From contig CATNEN010000008.1 of assembly GCA_950097015.1 (NCBI GenBank), positions 310,001 to 374,000 of the forward strand: a DNA stretch of 64,000 nucleotides. The letters are read 5' to 3'. Every line of letters starts with the position of its first letter. Within the stretch, counting starts at the first letter, position 1. Positions 22,762 through 35,480 of the stretch are shown in pieces. The position numbers and the translations under genes are program-made. Origin of the DNA: Macrostomum hystrix (lineage: Eukaryota; Animalia; Platyhelminthes). Under the pieces are notes generated by a model that saw nothing but the letters and a program-made list of their open reading frames with translations, had not been told where the DNA came from and did not search any database.

Positions 22762-25239
22762 GAAAAGACACATCAGACAAGAGCAAATATAAGGACTCAC
22801 ATCGATAAGTTTCGTTGCCGAATAGTAGAGCCAACAAGTGAATGCATTTATTGACCAAAGACGCAATCGATCTTTAGTAGAAAACGAAGTCCATTTTCTC
22901 CTAAAGTGTCGCTGGAGTCAATACAGTTCAAGCAGAGAGATTTTTTGCAAGAAATATCGGCCTCTGTGCCAAACTTTGGAAACCTAACTACTGAAGATTA
23001 CAGAATTTTTTGCTTTCGCTTTTATGCCTTTTCAATTGCGCTTGTTAAGTGCCTACTCGCAGAACCTCCTTTGAGTGCGCACTTTATAAAAATAAAAATA
23101 ATAAATTATTATTATTTTGTTTCTCACTACATAATTACTCTTTGGAATATATTCGATATGCCAAAAAAACTATACAAAACTAGAGGTTATTTCAGGGAAT
23201 TCTAAATATTTAGTTCACTATAATATAGTGTTCATAATTGCCCGCCCAACAAAAGCACAAAAATGCCTGGAGCTGTGCATAACCTTCGCGGTCATTGATG
23301 GAAATGACCTTGAAAAATGGTTAAACAGTTTTCTATACGCGAACAATTGAAACCTAGCTGAATCTGAATCACAAAGCTGAAACAGAACTTTCTCCAACCG
23401 CTTCAGCGTAGACACAGATATGTACTCGATCGTGCATAATCTTATATATGTCAAAAGACGCAACTGGAACACCAGTATTAATTTTCGTAGTAAAAATGGT
23501 GGCGAGGAAATTGAGAAGTAGTTTTCAAGCACCTAAAATGCATAAAGCACAACTCATTTTTCTCGTGACAATGTGCACTTGTGAAGCAAGCAGCAATATG
23601 AAACCCAAGCAACACAATAGGAGCTGTTTATATGTGAAATTCACGTAGATGATACACGTTGATCTCATTCATGGCTCTTTTCATTGACTCGTCACAAGTG
23701 TTTCATGTCGAATAGGACGCAAGACAATAGACAGATCTCGTAAAAGAAGATTCTAAAAGAATCTATCTCGCCAATACAAATACAATAGCACGCATTACCG
23801 CGAAGCAGCGTGCCAGATTTGGTACTATCTTCGCAGTTAGAAACAACACGTACAGCCACATGTACAGCTAACCAATAAGATAAAGCGAGTTATGCGCGCA
23901 AGAGGCGAGAAAGGAACAGTTGAACTACTCAATAGCGAGAACTGTATGACTCAGAGGGCTCAAGCCGGCAGCGGGCCGTGCTCTTTGAGGTTTTGAGTTG
24001 CTCACAGTCGCTCATTCCCTCCGCTCGTCTTCTCGCCAGATCTCATTCCGACCTTCCCAAAATTCCTGTCCCTTCTGCTCCAAGCTGTACAGCCAAGGTA
24101 AGGCATTTTCAGGTGAGGCTTGTTAAGACTCAGTCTCAATAGAGCTATTTTCTGCTAGGAATCGGCGAGACTATTCAACTGGAGCAGACCAGTGCTCAAG
24201 CAGCAACCCCCGGCCCCCAATCCGACTGCAAGTACAAATAGCAGTACAGGATAGAAGGGAAGCCAAGGGAAAGGAGGAAAGGCTGCGTATATTAAGTCCT
24301 GTGCCAGTTTGTCACGCATAACGGAGTGTTAGACAAACTATTTTATAGAACACAGAGAATCTCATAGTTGCACTATTTTGTTTGCCACAAATAATTGCAT
24401 ATTCTTCGAATAGCATTTCGAAATTGCTTTTATCAACCACAGAGATTATAGCTTTCCACAGATTTTATTGTTGCATTGCATAGAAAAATTTAATTGTCAA
24501 AGTATTTAGTTCTTAAACAATACCAATTAGATTCTTTCAGCTACAACTGTTGCAGGAAATCTCAAACAAAATCAGTGCAACTACTAAACTAACAGACAAG
24601 TTGGAGGTGAGTTAGCAGTTATTTTCAAATAGTAGGAATTCTTAAACTTACAATCGCAATTGTACGATCGTACGAGTGTTAGCGGTCAAGGCCAAGAACT
24701 ATTTCCGTTGATTTCGAATAGAGCAGTGCATGTACTATTATGTAGGCTACCGCCAAAGTGCACAAATTTGAATTATTAATCGAATTTCAGCCAGTTTAAG
24801 CCAGAAAATTCCAGATTTCCAAACTGTTCCAATGGCTGCCGGCTCGCTGAGTGCTAGTTCCATTCTGCACCCATGCGCTAAACCAAACCAAACAATGCCG
24901 ACCGGGCTAATTTTAGGCTGTACGCTTAGCTCGTATAGTAAAACATTATGCTTGTCATGACCAAAGCCTTGCATGAGCTTAGCTTTTTTACACATTTCCT
25001 ATAATTCTAAACAAAAATATATGATAAGTTGACTTTTTTCCACTATATACAAACAAACTTACTGCTTTGTCACTATTAGAAACATTTCTCGTGTTTTGTA
25101 ACGAGCCGAATACTTTTTCCCCATATAGCCTTCAGATATTTAAAAGCTTTCTTTAGTGGCTTGCCCACAATGTGTCACGTTGAGCAAGTGAATTTAGACC
25201 CAGTTGTGCTTTTGTGTAAGATAGATAAATAAGAATTTG

Positions 25240-25420
25240 CACCAAACTCAGTTGGCGAAATGTACAGCCAGCTACTAGGCCTGTCCATGGACTGAGGTGT
25301 TGTCACTCAGTCGCCACACCCACTGAAATTTGTACCCTAGCTAATGCTGGCAACCGTTTAACGTTTGAGTGAACTGAAACAATTAGGAATTAAGTGCCTT
25401 CTTCAGGGCTCGAATCTCAA
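25240..25420 (-). mobile_element. SINE family 2 fragment
   Basis: Shares CAGTCCATGGAC, GTGTGGCG and CAGTTCAC motifs with 27895-28085. Confidence 0.5.
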
Positions 25421-25549
25421 AGGAGTATTTTTCTGTCTGATAATAATTGCTCGATATAGAAAGGAACAGCAGCAGCAACGCAAGTCTAATTTAATAGCCA
25501 CCTGTCTGCCAACCTTCAGAGTCGCCAAGCAGAGGCGCCAGCTCCGAAG

Positions 25550-27190
25550 ATGACCAAGGAGGCGCCGCCGCTCATCATAATGCACGCGAACGAGTCAGTT
25601 GCCAGCTCCTCCGGTGGCTCGTCACCGGCTCTGGCACATTCCCCAACGCCGCCAACTCCAACACAGGCGCCGACAGCCTCGGCATTGGCCACATCATCGG
25701 CTAAGAGCCGGCTGCTGCTATTCAACATCAGCTTCGCTGGGGGTCGGTGCGTCTTTCGCAGCGGGGACCGGGTCGCCGGCTGGGTGACGGTGGAAACGCG
25801 CGGCCCAGTCTACGCGACGTCCTATAAGATTGAGTGCCTCGGCTACTCAGAGGTTCCAGTGGAGACCAGCAGCGGCGGCTCGAAACAGAAGCTGGTGAGT
25901 CGGCGTCACCTAACAATAGAGGAGAACCTCCTGCCCGGTAGTCGGCTCGTTGAGAAGCGCAGCTTCGAGTTCCAGCTTCCTCGCTGGCTGCCGCACTCGG
26001 TTGAGTGCCAGGAGCTCGGCTGCGTGCGCTACTGCTGCCGCGCTGTCGTCGCCTTCTCAGCTGACGATGCCGACGCCATCGAAGCGATTCAGTACTTCAC
26101 TCTGATCGAGGACGTTGATCTCAACTCACCGGCAGTCGCTCAGAGATGCACCTTCGATGAGACTTCCTGCACCAGTGTTGATCGTCTCATCAATAAGCTG
26201 TTGAAAGATGAGGTTAAAACTTCCATGACGATAAAGAAGGATGCCTACGTGCCTGGCGAAGATGTGAACTGTCAACTCAGCGTGCACTGCAACTCTAGCA
26301 CGGTGCCTGTCCAGCGAATCGTGCTGAAGTTGGTGCAGCGAGCCACCGCACTGGGCACAAGCCAGCGTCGGCTGGGCAGCCGAAACACCGTTGTGGTGCA
26401 AGAACTGGTCGCTTCACTGGGCGCTGGAAAAGAGCCTGAGAAATTCTGGTCGGCTAAGCACAAGCTGCACATTCCCGGAGTGGTTGCAACATCCCTGCCG
26501 AACAGCCACTTCCAGCATCCCATAGCAGTGGAGTACGCCATTCAGATGTGCATCACTCTCGGGTTCACTCACGTCCCGTTGAAAGATGTGACCCTCGGCT
26601 GCCCTATACTGATCGGCACCGTGCCAAAACTGCAGCCGGGCTGCACCATACCCTATCCTGAGGCTTCGTTTGTCGAGGCCATCTACTGTGCCATTCCGAA
26701 TGCCCAGCAGTCTCAGAGCCAGCCGCTGCCTCCTCCGGTGCAGCAGCAACAGCAGCAGCAGCTTCAGCAGCAGCAGTCTCAGCAGCAGCGCGAGAGGCGC
26801 CTCTCCAAGGGCAGCTTCCTCGCCTCATTCCACTCGAAGCGATCTGACGCGCTTTCGTCTGGCTACCGGTGTCCTCCGCTAAAGTACACGTTGTACTGCG
26901 TCTACTACCCGACCATCGCTATCTACCGACAGAAGCCCGCAGGCGCTGACGGAGGTGCCACTCTCAAATCCATCCTGAAGGTGAAGCACAGCTCCATGGA
27001 CGATCTAGACGGCAAACTAACCGGAAAGCCTCCACAGCAAGACCAGCTAGGGGAGCAGCCACAGAGACAATATCAGCAGAATCAGCCGCAGCAGCATCAG
27101 CACCGGCCGCGTCAAAGACGCCATCACGGTGAGACGGAGACGAGAATGAAACGCTCAACTAGCACCGGCTGCTACGAGACCCCGCTGTGA
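25550..27190 (+). CDS. Alpha-arrestin / arrestin-domain protein, single coding exon (546 aa)
   Basis: Arrestin_N (FRSGDRVAGWV, FEFQLPRWLPHSVE...GCVRY) and Arrestin_C (YVPGEDV, LHIPGV, IAVEY, LGCPILIGTVP). Probable 5' UTR exon ends at caag|gtaagg near 24097. Confidence 0.88.
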   Translation: MTKEAPPLIIMHANESVASSSGGSSPALAHSPTPPTPTQAPTASALATSSAKSRLLLFNISFAGGRCVFRSGDRVAGWVTVETRGPVYATSYKIECLGYSEVPVETSSGGSKQKLVSRRHLTIEENLLPGSRLVEKRSFEFQLPRWLPHSVECQELGCVRYCCRAVVAFSADDADAIEAIQYFTLIEDVDLNSPAVAQRCTFDETSCTSVDRLINKLLKDEVKTSMTIKKDAYVPGEDVNCQLSVHCNSSTVPVQRIVLKLVQRATALGTSQRRLGSRNTVVVQELVASLGAGKEPEKFWSAKHKLHIPGVVATSLPNSHFQHPIAVEYAIQMCITLGFTHVPLKDVTLGCPILIGTVPKLQPGCTIPYPEASFVEAIYCAIPNAQQSQSQPLPPPVQQQQQQQLQQQQSQQQRERRLSKGSFLASFHSKRSDALSSGYRCPPLKYTLYCVYYPTIAIYRQKPAGADGGATLKSILKVKHSSMDDLDGKLTGKPPQQDQLGEQPQRQYQQNQPQQHQHRPRQRRHHGETETRMKRSTSTGCYETPL

Positions 27191-27894
27191 TTCAGCTCAC
27201 GAACTGACCATAGAGAATTGCAAAATGCCTAGCGGGAATGCATAACGCAATAAGTTTGACAAATAGGCTGAGAATGATTGATACATCTCAAAAAGTACAT
27301 CTCCCCCAGTTGGGCCAGATGTACAGCCAGTGGTTGTGTACAGCTGATTGAGATTCGAACTACGGAACCTCACGGTTACCTAGCAGACCAAATAAATCAG
27401 TGAATTGAGTTCCCTTTTTTTAATCGAAATGTCAGCGATGCACACACAGCTTAAGCGCACAGACAACCCCTGAACACGAAATTCGAACTGAATAACACGT
27501 TTTTAACCTTTTTATAGCAAACAATTTTCTGCTTGCATAGTCCGGTACTGCCCATATCAGTATCGAATTTTCACAGTGACAAAATAATTATTTCTACTTG
27601 TCAATGAGCAGGTCGCTCCTGTTCTGTTTCTTGCTGCCCAACCTGGGAGTCAGTCAACTGTCCTTTTTTATCTGCATCGTTTCCTCGCCGAGTCTGTGAT
27701 GCCCTGTTTTGCTATCCTTTGAAAACCAAATTCACTTTATATGCAGAAATGAAACATGTTGATATGCTAGATTGCTTGAAAAAGTTTCAGACAAAAATGA
27801 TAATTTGCTGCCATTTGTGTTACTCGTGCTTTTGACTTCATTTTCACCAATGAGTATTGTGTAAAAAGTTATTAGCTGTAGTATATAGCTGTAA

Positions 27895-28085
27895 AAGTTC
27901 AGTCCATGGACTGGGAGGACGCCACACTCACCATCAATTAACCCAGCTTGCACCTATTAAACAGCTGGGTGAACTGAAGCATCGCAGAGTTGAGTGTCTT
28001 GCTAAAGGACCCAAATTTTAACAGTGGAGTCGGGAATCGAACCCACGACCTTTAAGTCCTGATTATGACGATTTAACCATTAGTA
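27895..28085 (-). mobile_element. tRNA-headed SINE family 2 copy
   Basis: Minus strand reads GGGTTCGATTCCCGACTCCACTG...GTCCTTTAGCAAGACACTCAAC...CAGTTCACCCAGCTG; its head is shared with 59318-59420. Confidence 0.7.
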
Positions 28086-28810
28086 GTAACTCAGAACTCA
28101 GTACCTAAAAAGGAAGAAATCGTTTCATCTATCACGTGTTCGTTACTAACTTCACCTGACAAACCAGGTCTCAGGTTTGCAGGTCTCAAAAATGAAATAA
28201 AAAAACACAAAAGCGATTTTAAATGTTTTGCTGTAAATTCATAGGAAAAGGCGTGCTTAATCAGCAGTATTAAAGATAGAAAAAAGGACATATTTTACTA
28301 TTATTCTAAAAACATAATTTTATTTCGCAACATTGTTTTGGTCTTTCAATCTGCGAGATTCTACATGATAGCAGACAATATATAGCTTGTTCTACACATA
28401 AGGCATCCGATTAACTTCTAAAAAACGCAGCAGTTTAAGAAAGCCAGAATTCTAGAAAACGGCGCATTTAAATCTTGATCTCAAAGCAAAGCACAACCCG
28501 GGAAACAGTTTAGGCGCGACGGCTCCAACACAAGAACTAACTGTTGGCTTTATAGAAGTCTTGTAAATAGAGGAAGAATAAGCTTTTCTCTGTGGTGTAA
28601 AAATGTTGACTTTAAATCGAAGCGGTGCTAAGCAAACAATCAGCAGTGATTACCAAGCGAGAGATTTTAGAGTAAACTACAGCAATGATAGTTAGCATAG
28701 AGACAGCAGCATAGATTTAATTGTTTGTCATGTCTGCGAGACAGCACTGTCCAATAAAACTCTGTATTCTACAAAAGGAGACAATAGTTCGCATGACTGT
28801 TTCGCACTTG

Positions 28811-29135
28811 TTGTCTGTCACGTGACTGTTTTGTACATATTGTTCTGTCTGTCACGTGACTGTTTTGTGCATATTGTTCTGTCTGTCACGTGACTGTTTT
28901 GTACATATTGTTCTGTCTGTCACGTGACTGTTTTGTGCATATTGTTCTGTCTGTCACGTGACTGTTTTGTACATATTGTTCTGTCTGTCACGTGACTGTT
29001 TTGTACATATTGTTCTGTCTGTCACGTGACTGTTTTGTGCATATTGTTCTGTCTGTCACGTGACTGTTTTGTACATATTGTTCTGTCTGTCACGTGACTG
29101 TTTTGTGCATATTGTTCTGTCTGTCACGTGACTGT
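28811..29135. repeat. Minisatellite, 34-bp unit containing the palindrome GTCACGTGAC, 10 copies
   Basis: Palindrome at 28817 + 34n up to 29123. Confidence 0.95.
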
Positions 29136-29863
29136 TTTTTCTGTGGTTTCAGTCAACAATTGAAATTTTGTTTTGGGTGTGAGGCCCAGAGTTTTTATTT
29201 AATACTTCAAAAATTACTTTCTTAAAAAGTTGATGAAACAAAATATTTAGAAAATAGACATGCACTTGCGTAACATCTAAAAATAATGTTGAGCAAAGCT
29301 TTTTTGGTGAGGCCGTGTGGCCAAATGACAAACCACTTTGTCGGAGGCTTGTGTGCATAGGATAAAACGGTTACCTTCAGATCAGAAACTGCTCACAAAA
29401 AAGCAAGACTTTTACAAGCAGCTCTGGGGAAGAAAATTAATGAAGGAGGGACTTCAAGAAAGTAAATTTTAGTTCAATGAGAAATGAAATGTGGTGAAAG
29501 CAAAGCGAAACATTTAGAAAAAATGTTCTTCTTTTGTGTTTGCAAGTCTAAATTTAGCAATAAGAGAAAACCCGTGACACAGTAACATATCTTCTTTCAG
29601 TACTCTCCATTCTCAAACAAAACAAGAAAGCAAGGGATTTTAAAATAAGATCAAACAAAAGCTAAAGTAGCTACTGAAGCTAGTAGGACGCATCGCTGAT
29701 CCCCGACTAAAGTTTCTAGAATGGGTTTAGGCCATAGACAAACTCGCGAGATTCCATAGACAAAAAGTTTAGACCTCGATTGGGCCTTGGCAACTTGCAA
29801 ACACAAGCGACGTTGAGAAAAGTGAGGAAAACATAATCTTCAGAAATTTTCGAGACCGCTTCA

Positions 29864-32800
29864 TCACCAGCGATGGTCCGCCTTCTTTCGTCGATTGCGC
29901 AGAGCCGCCAAGTCGACGGAGGCGGCCAACTTTTTGGCTCGGAGATCCTCTTCCAGCCTGCGCTGGGACATCTGCAGCAGGCTTATGTTGCGCCTAGTTG
30001 TCAGCAGCGTGTCCTCGTAGTAGTTTCTGGCCTGCGGGAAACGGGTTCAGAATACTCTAGATGAAGAATTATGCCACTCGTGAGCCTGTTAGACCCGAGT
30101 GTCCGAACCTGTTAGACCCGAGTGTCCGAACCTGTTAGACCCGAGTGTCCGAACCTGTTAGACCCGAGTGTCCGAACCTGTTAGACCCGAGTGTCCGAAC
30201 CTGTTAGACCCGAGTGTCCGAACCTGTTAGACCCGAGTGTCCGAACCTGTTAGACCCGAGTGTCCGAACCTGTTAGACCCGAGTGTCCGAACCTGTTAGA
30301 CCCGAGTGTCCGAACCTGTTAGACCCGAGTGTCCGAACCTGTTAGACCCGAGTGTCCGAACCTGTTAGACCCGAGTGTCCGAACCTGTTAGACCCGAGTA
30401 TCCGAACCTGTTAGACCCGAGTATCCGAACCTGTTAGACCCGAGTATCCGAACCTGTTAGACATCTCACCTTGATAATCTCCTGCGCCTCCGGCACCTGG
30501 TTGCCAGGGTGACGCTGATACACGCGAATTATAGGCCTATCGAGTTTTTCGCGGCCCTGCAAGTCCGTGTACTTCTCCGGACCCTGAACAAATGAAGTGA
30601 ATAAAAAAAGCCAAGTTAGCGGTCGGGGTTCGAAGCGAAACTATTCATGGCACAAGCCTTGCCAACTCACCAAATTGTAACCCAGCGACTTGGCAGCGAA
30701 GCTCTCCCATCGACGCGCCTTGTTGATGGTCCGCCGGGAGTCGGCTGCAGCGAGTTCCAGTTTTTGCTGAAATTTTCAACAATCAAAATTTCATATTCAA
30801 GGAGTAGACATTAGTAATTCGATACCCCTATTCTTTCTGTTTCTCCCCAAAATATTTAACCAATCGTAATTAAGCTTTCTGCTTAATCCGATGAAACAAC
30901 TTCCAGAACCACAAAACATTAGCATCGTCGAGATATTCAACGGTTCTTGTCCGGGTGTTTTGTGGCAACAATCACAAAAAAAAATTTTCTGCTCACAAAC
31001 TTCCATCATGTAACCATGTCGGCTATTATCTTTTAATATTTTTGATTGATTAAATTGTTAATTTCATCATTTCTGAACCAGTATGCATGGACTCTCGAAC
31101 TGAGCAATTTTAGTTGTCTTGTCACCAGGGTCTTCGACAGGAATCGCTGAATATCTCGACGAGAGTGGTCTTTCTACTATTAAGAGCAGGTTAAGTGATC
31201 TGAATTGCTTAAATAATTAATGATTCACTGAGCTCACATCAAAGGTGAGAGTCTCGGAGATTTTCTTCACCAGGCCCTCGTTAACAGACTTGTGCGCCGC
31301 TTTCTGCAGCCGCTTCACTTCGTCCAGGGTCTCCGAGACGTCCGCCTCGGCCAGCTTGCACCTGAGCAGATGAGAGTACAAGAGAAATTCCTCCACATCC
31401 ATGGTAGTTCTCTCCACTTCCATGGTAGTTCCCTCCACTTCCATGGTAGTTCCCTCCACATCCATGGTAGTTCCCTCCACATCCATGGTAGTTCCCTCCA
31501 CTTCCATGGTAGTTCCCTCCACTTCCATGGTAGTTCCCTCCCAAATCCATGGTAGTTCCCTCCACATCCATGGTAGTTCCCTCCACATCCATGGTAGTTC
31601 CCTCCACATCCATGGTAGTTCCCTCCACATCCATAGCAGTTACTGTTCGAAAACAAAGGCCGGAGCAGCAAACCTGCGCATGAGGTCCTCGGCGTCCTTG
31701 ATGACCATCTCGCATTGCGGCGTGTAAGATCCCAGAGCGTCGATGCCGGTAGCAGTGGTGCTGGGTCGGTTGGCGGCGCCGTTGGCACCTCCCAGGCTGA
31801 CGGTCGACTCGCGAGCCGTCTGGCGCGAGTAAGCGGGCCGGGTGCTGCCGCAGACAAGGTCGCAGACTCGGCTGCGTTCAGACAGCAGCTTCTGGAGAGC
31901 CGAGCGACTTTTGGCCAGCTGCTGGAGCAGCTCCTCGACGCCGCGGTGCTTGGCCTCCAAGGCCTGCTTGAGATTGATGAGGTGCAGACGCTCAGCGTTT
32001 AGCAGGTCGTCGGCGCCGTCCGCAATCTGCAGAAGTTGTGAAACAATAAACAATGAATTGTGGTCATCAAAAGTCGAGCCACATGCATAGGCTGTGCTAA
32101 TTTTGAGAGATAGATATCTTAATTTAAATTAATTGAATTTATATTTATATTTTATCGCAAAATACACAGTGTTTAATTCAGTATCGAAGGTAAAATTGGA
32201 AAGAAAATCTTGAGTCAAGACCTAAAAAATTAAACAACATTATTATCACGTAGGAGTAGTTTAAATGGTCTATACAAAAAAGCAATTTTTTATTTAAACA
32301 AATATAATACATTATATTTTATGAAAAGTATTGTGGAGTTTTTTTATTTGTTTACATATCAATATATACAAAAAATTATTTTGGTAATATGATATAATAT
32401 AATAAATGTTTGTAGTCAGAAAAGACGATTCACTTAGAACTTCTTTTAAAAGTAGGTAAATATGAAAATTAATTTTATTTATGTACATATATATTAAGTA
32501 CTTCAACTAAGTTTCCACTCAGTAATATTGGTGCTAATGTTTTTGCTATTTCTGCAGCAAACATATTTATACGAATAAATCTGCCATAGGAAAACTTACG
32601 TCAGTCATTTTCAATTTTTGTTTATTAAGCTTTGTCTTATTTAACACAAAATATAGACAATATACTCATAAATAGTCAGTGACTTTTCAACATAAATTTT
32701 GTGCAATAAAAAATTGGATAGCAAGATTTTCATGGTCCTACTTACTTTTTCCTCCCTTGGCCTGAGTGATCTAAGGTATGCTGTTTCGCGGTTTAGCTGT

Positions 32801-33108
32801 AGGTCTTTACGTATGTTTTCCAGCATAGTCTCCAGGTTCTCTTTGGAGCGCAGCATTGCTTTAGTGGTCTCATTTACAGACAGCAAAGTGTTTCTGAGAA
32901 GATTAACGACATCTCGGGTGGTTCGCGCGTACTTATCCGCAACACCATTGCTGAGATCAACAACATAGTCACGAAAAAAGGGAACGGGATCTCTTCTTCT
33001 CAGACGCGAACAGTCCGTCTCAGATTGTAGAATTAATCCATTATTCACATCGATGCTCTGGTTCGATGCACTCTTCCAGTTTTGAGTTCCGATCCCCACA
33101 ATCTCCAT
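29864..33108 (-). CDS. CCDC105: CCDC105 / tektin-like 1 coiled-coil protein; exons 33108-32746, 32026-31674, 31361-31238, 30766-30671, 30583-30470, 30031-29864 (405 aa)
   Basis: Recalled family motifs [52 protein letters not shown]. Six exons join in phase and total 1218 nt. Confidence 0.85.
30087..30462. repeat. Minisatellite, 23-bp unit CCTGTTAGACCCGAGTGTCCGAA, about 16 copies, CCDC105 intron 5
   Basis: Starts 7 nt after the donor at 30469. Confidence 0.96.
31393..31633. repeat. Minisatellite, 21-bp unit CATCCATGGTAGTTCCCTCCA, CCDC105 intron 2
   Basis: About 11 units inside the 312-bp intron 31362-31673. Confidence 0.95.
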
Positions 33109-35480
33109 GACGGTGTGTCGTCGTCTTCCAAAAAATGAAAATGGATAGATGAAACTAACTTGAATCTAGTGTACTCTAGACAGAAACCAAGTAGCTACTA
33201 AAAGCTATACGCCTATCTGCTAGAACGGAAAATGTTATTTTTAAATAAAATATTGTTTTAGTTACATAAAGAATATCAACTGTTCAAAAACAATTATTCT
33301 GACAATTCTTTGTTAGTTTAAACAAATCTCCGTAAGTTATTTTACGGAGCGAAATGAGTTAAAAATTCAACTAAAGCTATGTATTAAATAAAAGACGCAA
33401 TGATTTACTCTGTGGCTTCTCTTTATTTTCTATCCTTGTGCTCTGTGCTTAACTCTGTTAACATTTTTGCTTCCAATTCGTTCATTAAACTCATTGCTTC
33501 CGCTTGATTGATCATCGCATGGCTGATACCATATAACCAACACTAAGTACAGCGAAGTTGTAAGTTATAGTAGTTTCTTTCTTACGAGAAAATTCCCAAA
33601 AAGAATGATTTTAGATATCCTTTTCTAAAACAAAAGAAACTTTTGTGGTGAGTCAATTCTAAAACAGTAGTTAGCAGTCACATTTAAGTATATGTTTAAA
33701 ATTGTTTTCTGGGTAGTGCATGATATGCACCATTCTATTACGCCTTAATATTTTGCTCTTCTAGAATAGTTATTTTTAAACAGATAATTATTATTCTTGA
33801 TTTTCTAGGTTTTTTTTAAGTTAAATACTCCATTTTCTTGCTAAACACAACACAACGCATATTGTGCTTAAACACAAAACACAAAACACGTACATTATCT
33901 GATCTATTTTCCGCATAAAATTTCGCTCCTTTAATCGCACCTATTTAAAATAAAATAAATTTTTTATCTACACACTGCAATTTAGCTGATTAAATCTGAC
34001 AATCTCTAGCAGCAATTATACACATAATGATCCGGTCAAATCTATACTGATACAAACGAGGTAATACCAATCGCTCTGCGTATATATATATATATATATA
34101 TATATAATACTCGTAGCTACAAAAAGGGCATAAATTTCCTAAATGGGCATTTACCGAGTTTGAGACTATACTGATCCAGCAAGAGTATTGAATTGCACTT
34201 TTATCAAAAATTTCTGTGTGCTCCGGGCTTACGCTACAAAGCATTCAAGTACATTCAGATTAAATAAAGTAATGGCTTCAAAGGTAATATGCAGTGATAG
34301 AAGCTCACAAACGGATGATACCACAATCTATGTACGGACAAGATTACTCGTATTTGTCTGGAGAAGAGGCAGACTTCGTTGGTACCCGACCCCGCCCCTA
34401 ATGTCTCTCAGCTGCTTTCTCTATCAATGAATAGTCTACCCTGCGCCTCTAGCTGTGAGGGCCACTCGCCACTGCATCATGAGGCTCGCTCTCTGTCTCC
34501 CACTGCTGACCTAAAGACAGGTAATTGTCATTCCTCTTCTTTCATATTATAGAAGATATTATTCGGCAAATTGCTATCCAACTCTCCCACGCCAGACCAT
34601 GCAGCTCTGCCAGTTTGGAACCCGTTCTCAAGTGCCACTTCTTGTTCGTCAATATATTGCTTCTAGTGAACTTACTCTTGTGCCAATAATATTGCGTATT
34701 TCTCTGCATTCCTTAACGTCAGGGGCTACAAAAATACAAAATCCCAGCTGACGCTTCTAGAGAGAGAGAGAGAGAACAGAAATTAGTTTTTTTGCTCCGC
34801 GTCGGTTGGTTTCATGATCGAGAAAGAAAAAATTTACGATGTTCTGGTGAAATCTGGTTTCCGTGTGTGTGTAGTGTGTGTCTGTGTGTGTTGCACAGGC
34901 CTATAGCATTGAATTCAATTCAACACACGCCTATTTGTTGCTGTTCAATTTTAGCAAGTAAAATCGTATATATTCGTACAGCCTTCAGAAACTGCTCCAA
35001 TTATCTGCCATTCTAAAAGTATCGACGTTAGATGACAGGGAAACGATAGGGAGATGGGGAGAGAGGAAGGAGACTAGGAGATCAGGATGAGTTCCGACTA
35101 TAGTCAGTAAGAAAACAAAAATTTGGAGAACCAAATATTTATCATTTACGAAAATTCGCGCATTTACTCAAGTACTCCTGCATGATAGACTGAGTCTTCT
35201 AGTTTATTAGTATAATGCTTTTCTATATTGCGCCAATGTGCGCCTAAACACACTATTGGGTGAGACGAACTTGTGTGTGTATGTATGTGTGTGTCTTAAT
35301 GCCATTGGATATCATAATTTGAGAAAGAGCAGGAGGAAAGTAATACTGCTCAGGTTTAATATGGTCCGACAAAAATTGTGAGAGAATAAAGTGGATAAGC
35401 AGACTGTTCAAACAAGAAGAGACTGCAGAGTCTGCAGTTGCTGAATCCGAAGCTGGTGATAAGCCTGTGTGACATAGACA

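Noticed and set aside
22906-23648. AT-rich ORFs between the hAT and the arrestin 5' exon
   Set aside because: No recognisable motifs, codon use unlike the real exons, and no convincing splice partners.
30060-30090. Last repeat AG as the true CCDC105 acceptor
   Set aside because: It gives [12 protein letters not shown]-stop; the acceptor at 30032 gives the conserved C-terminus.
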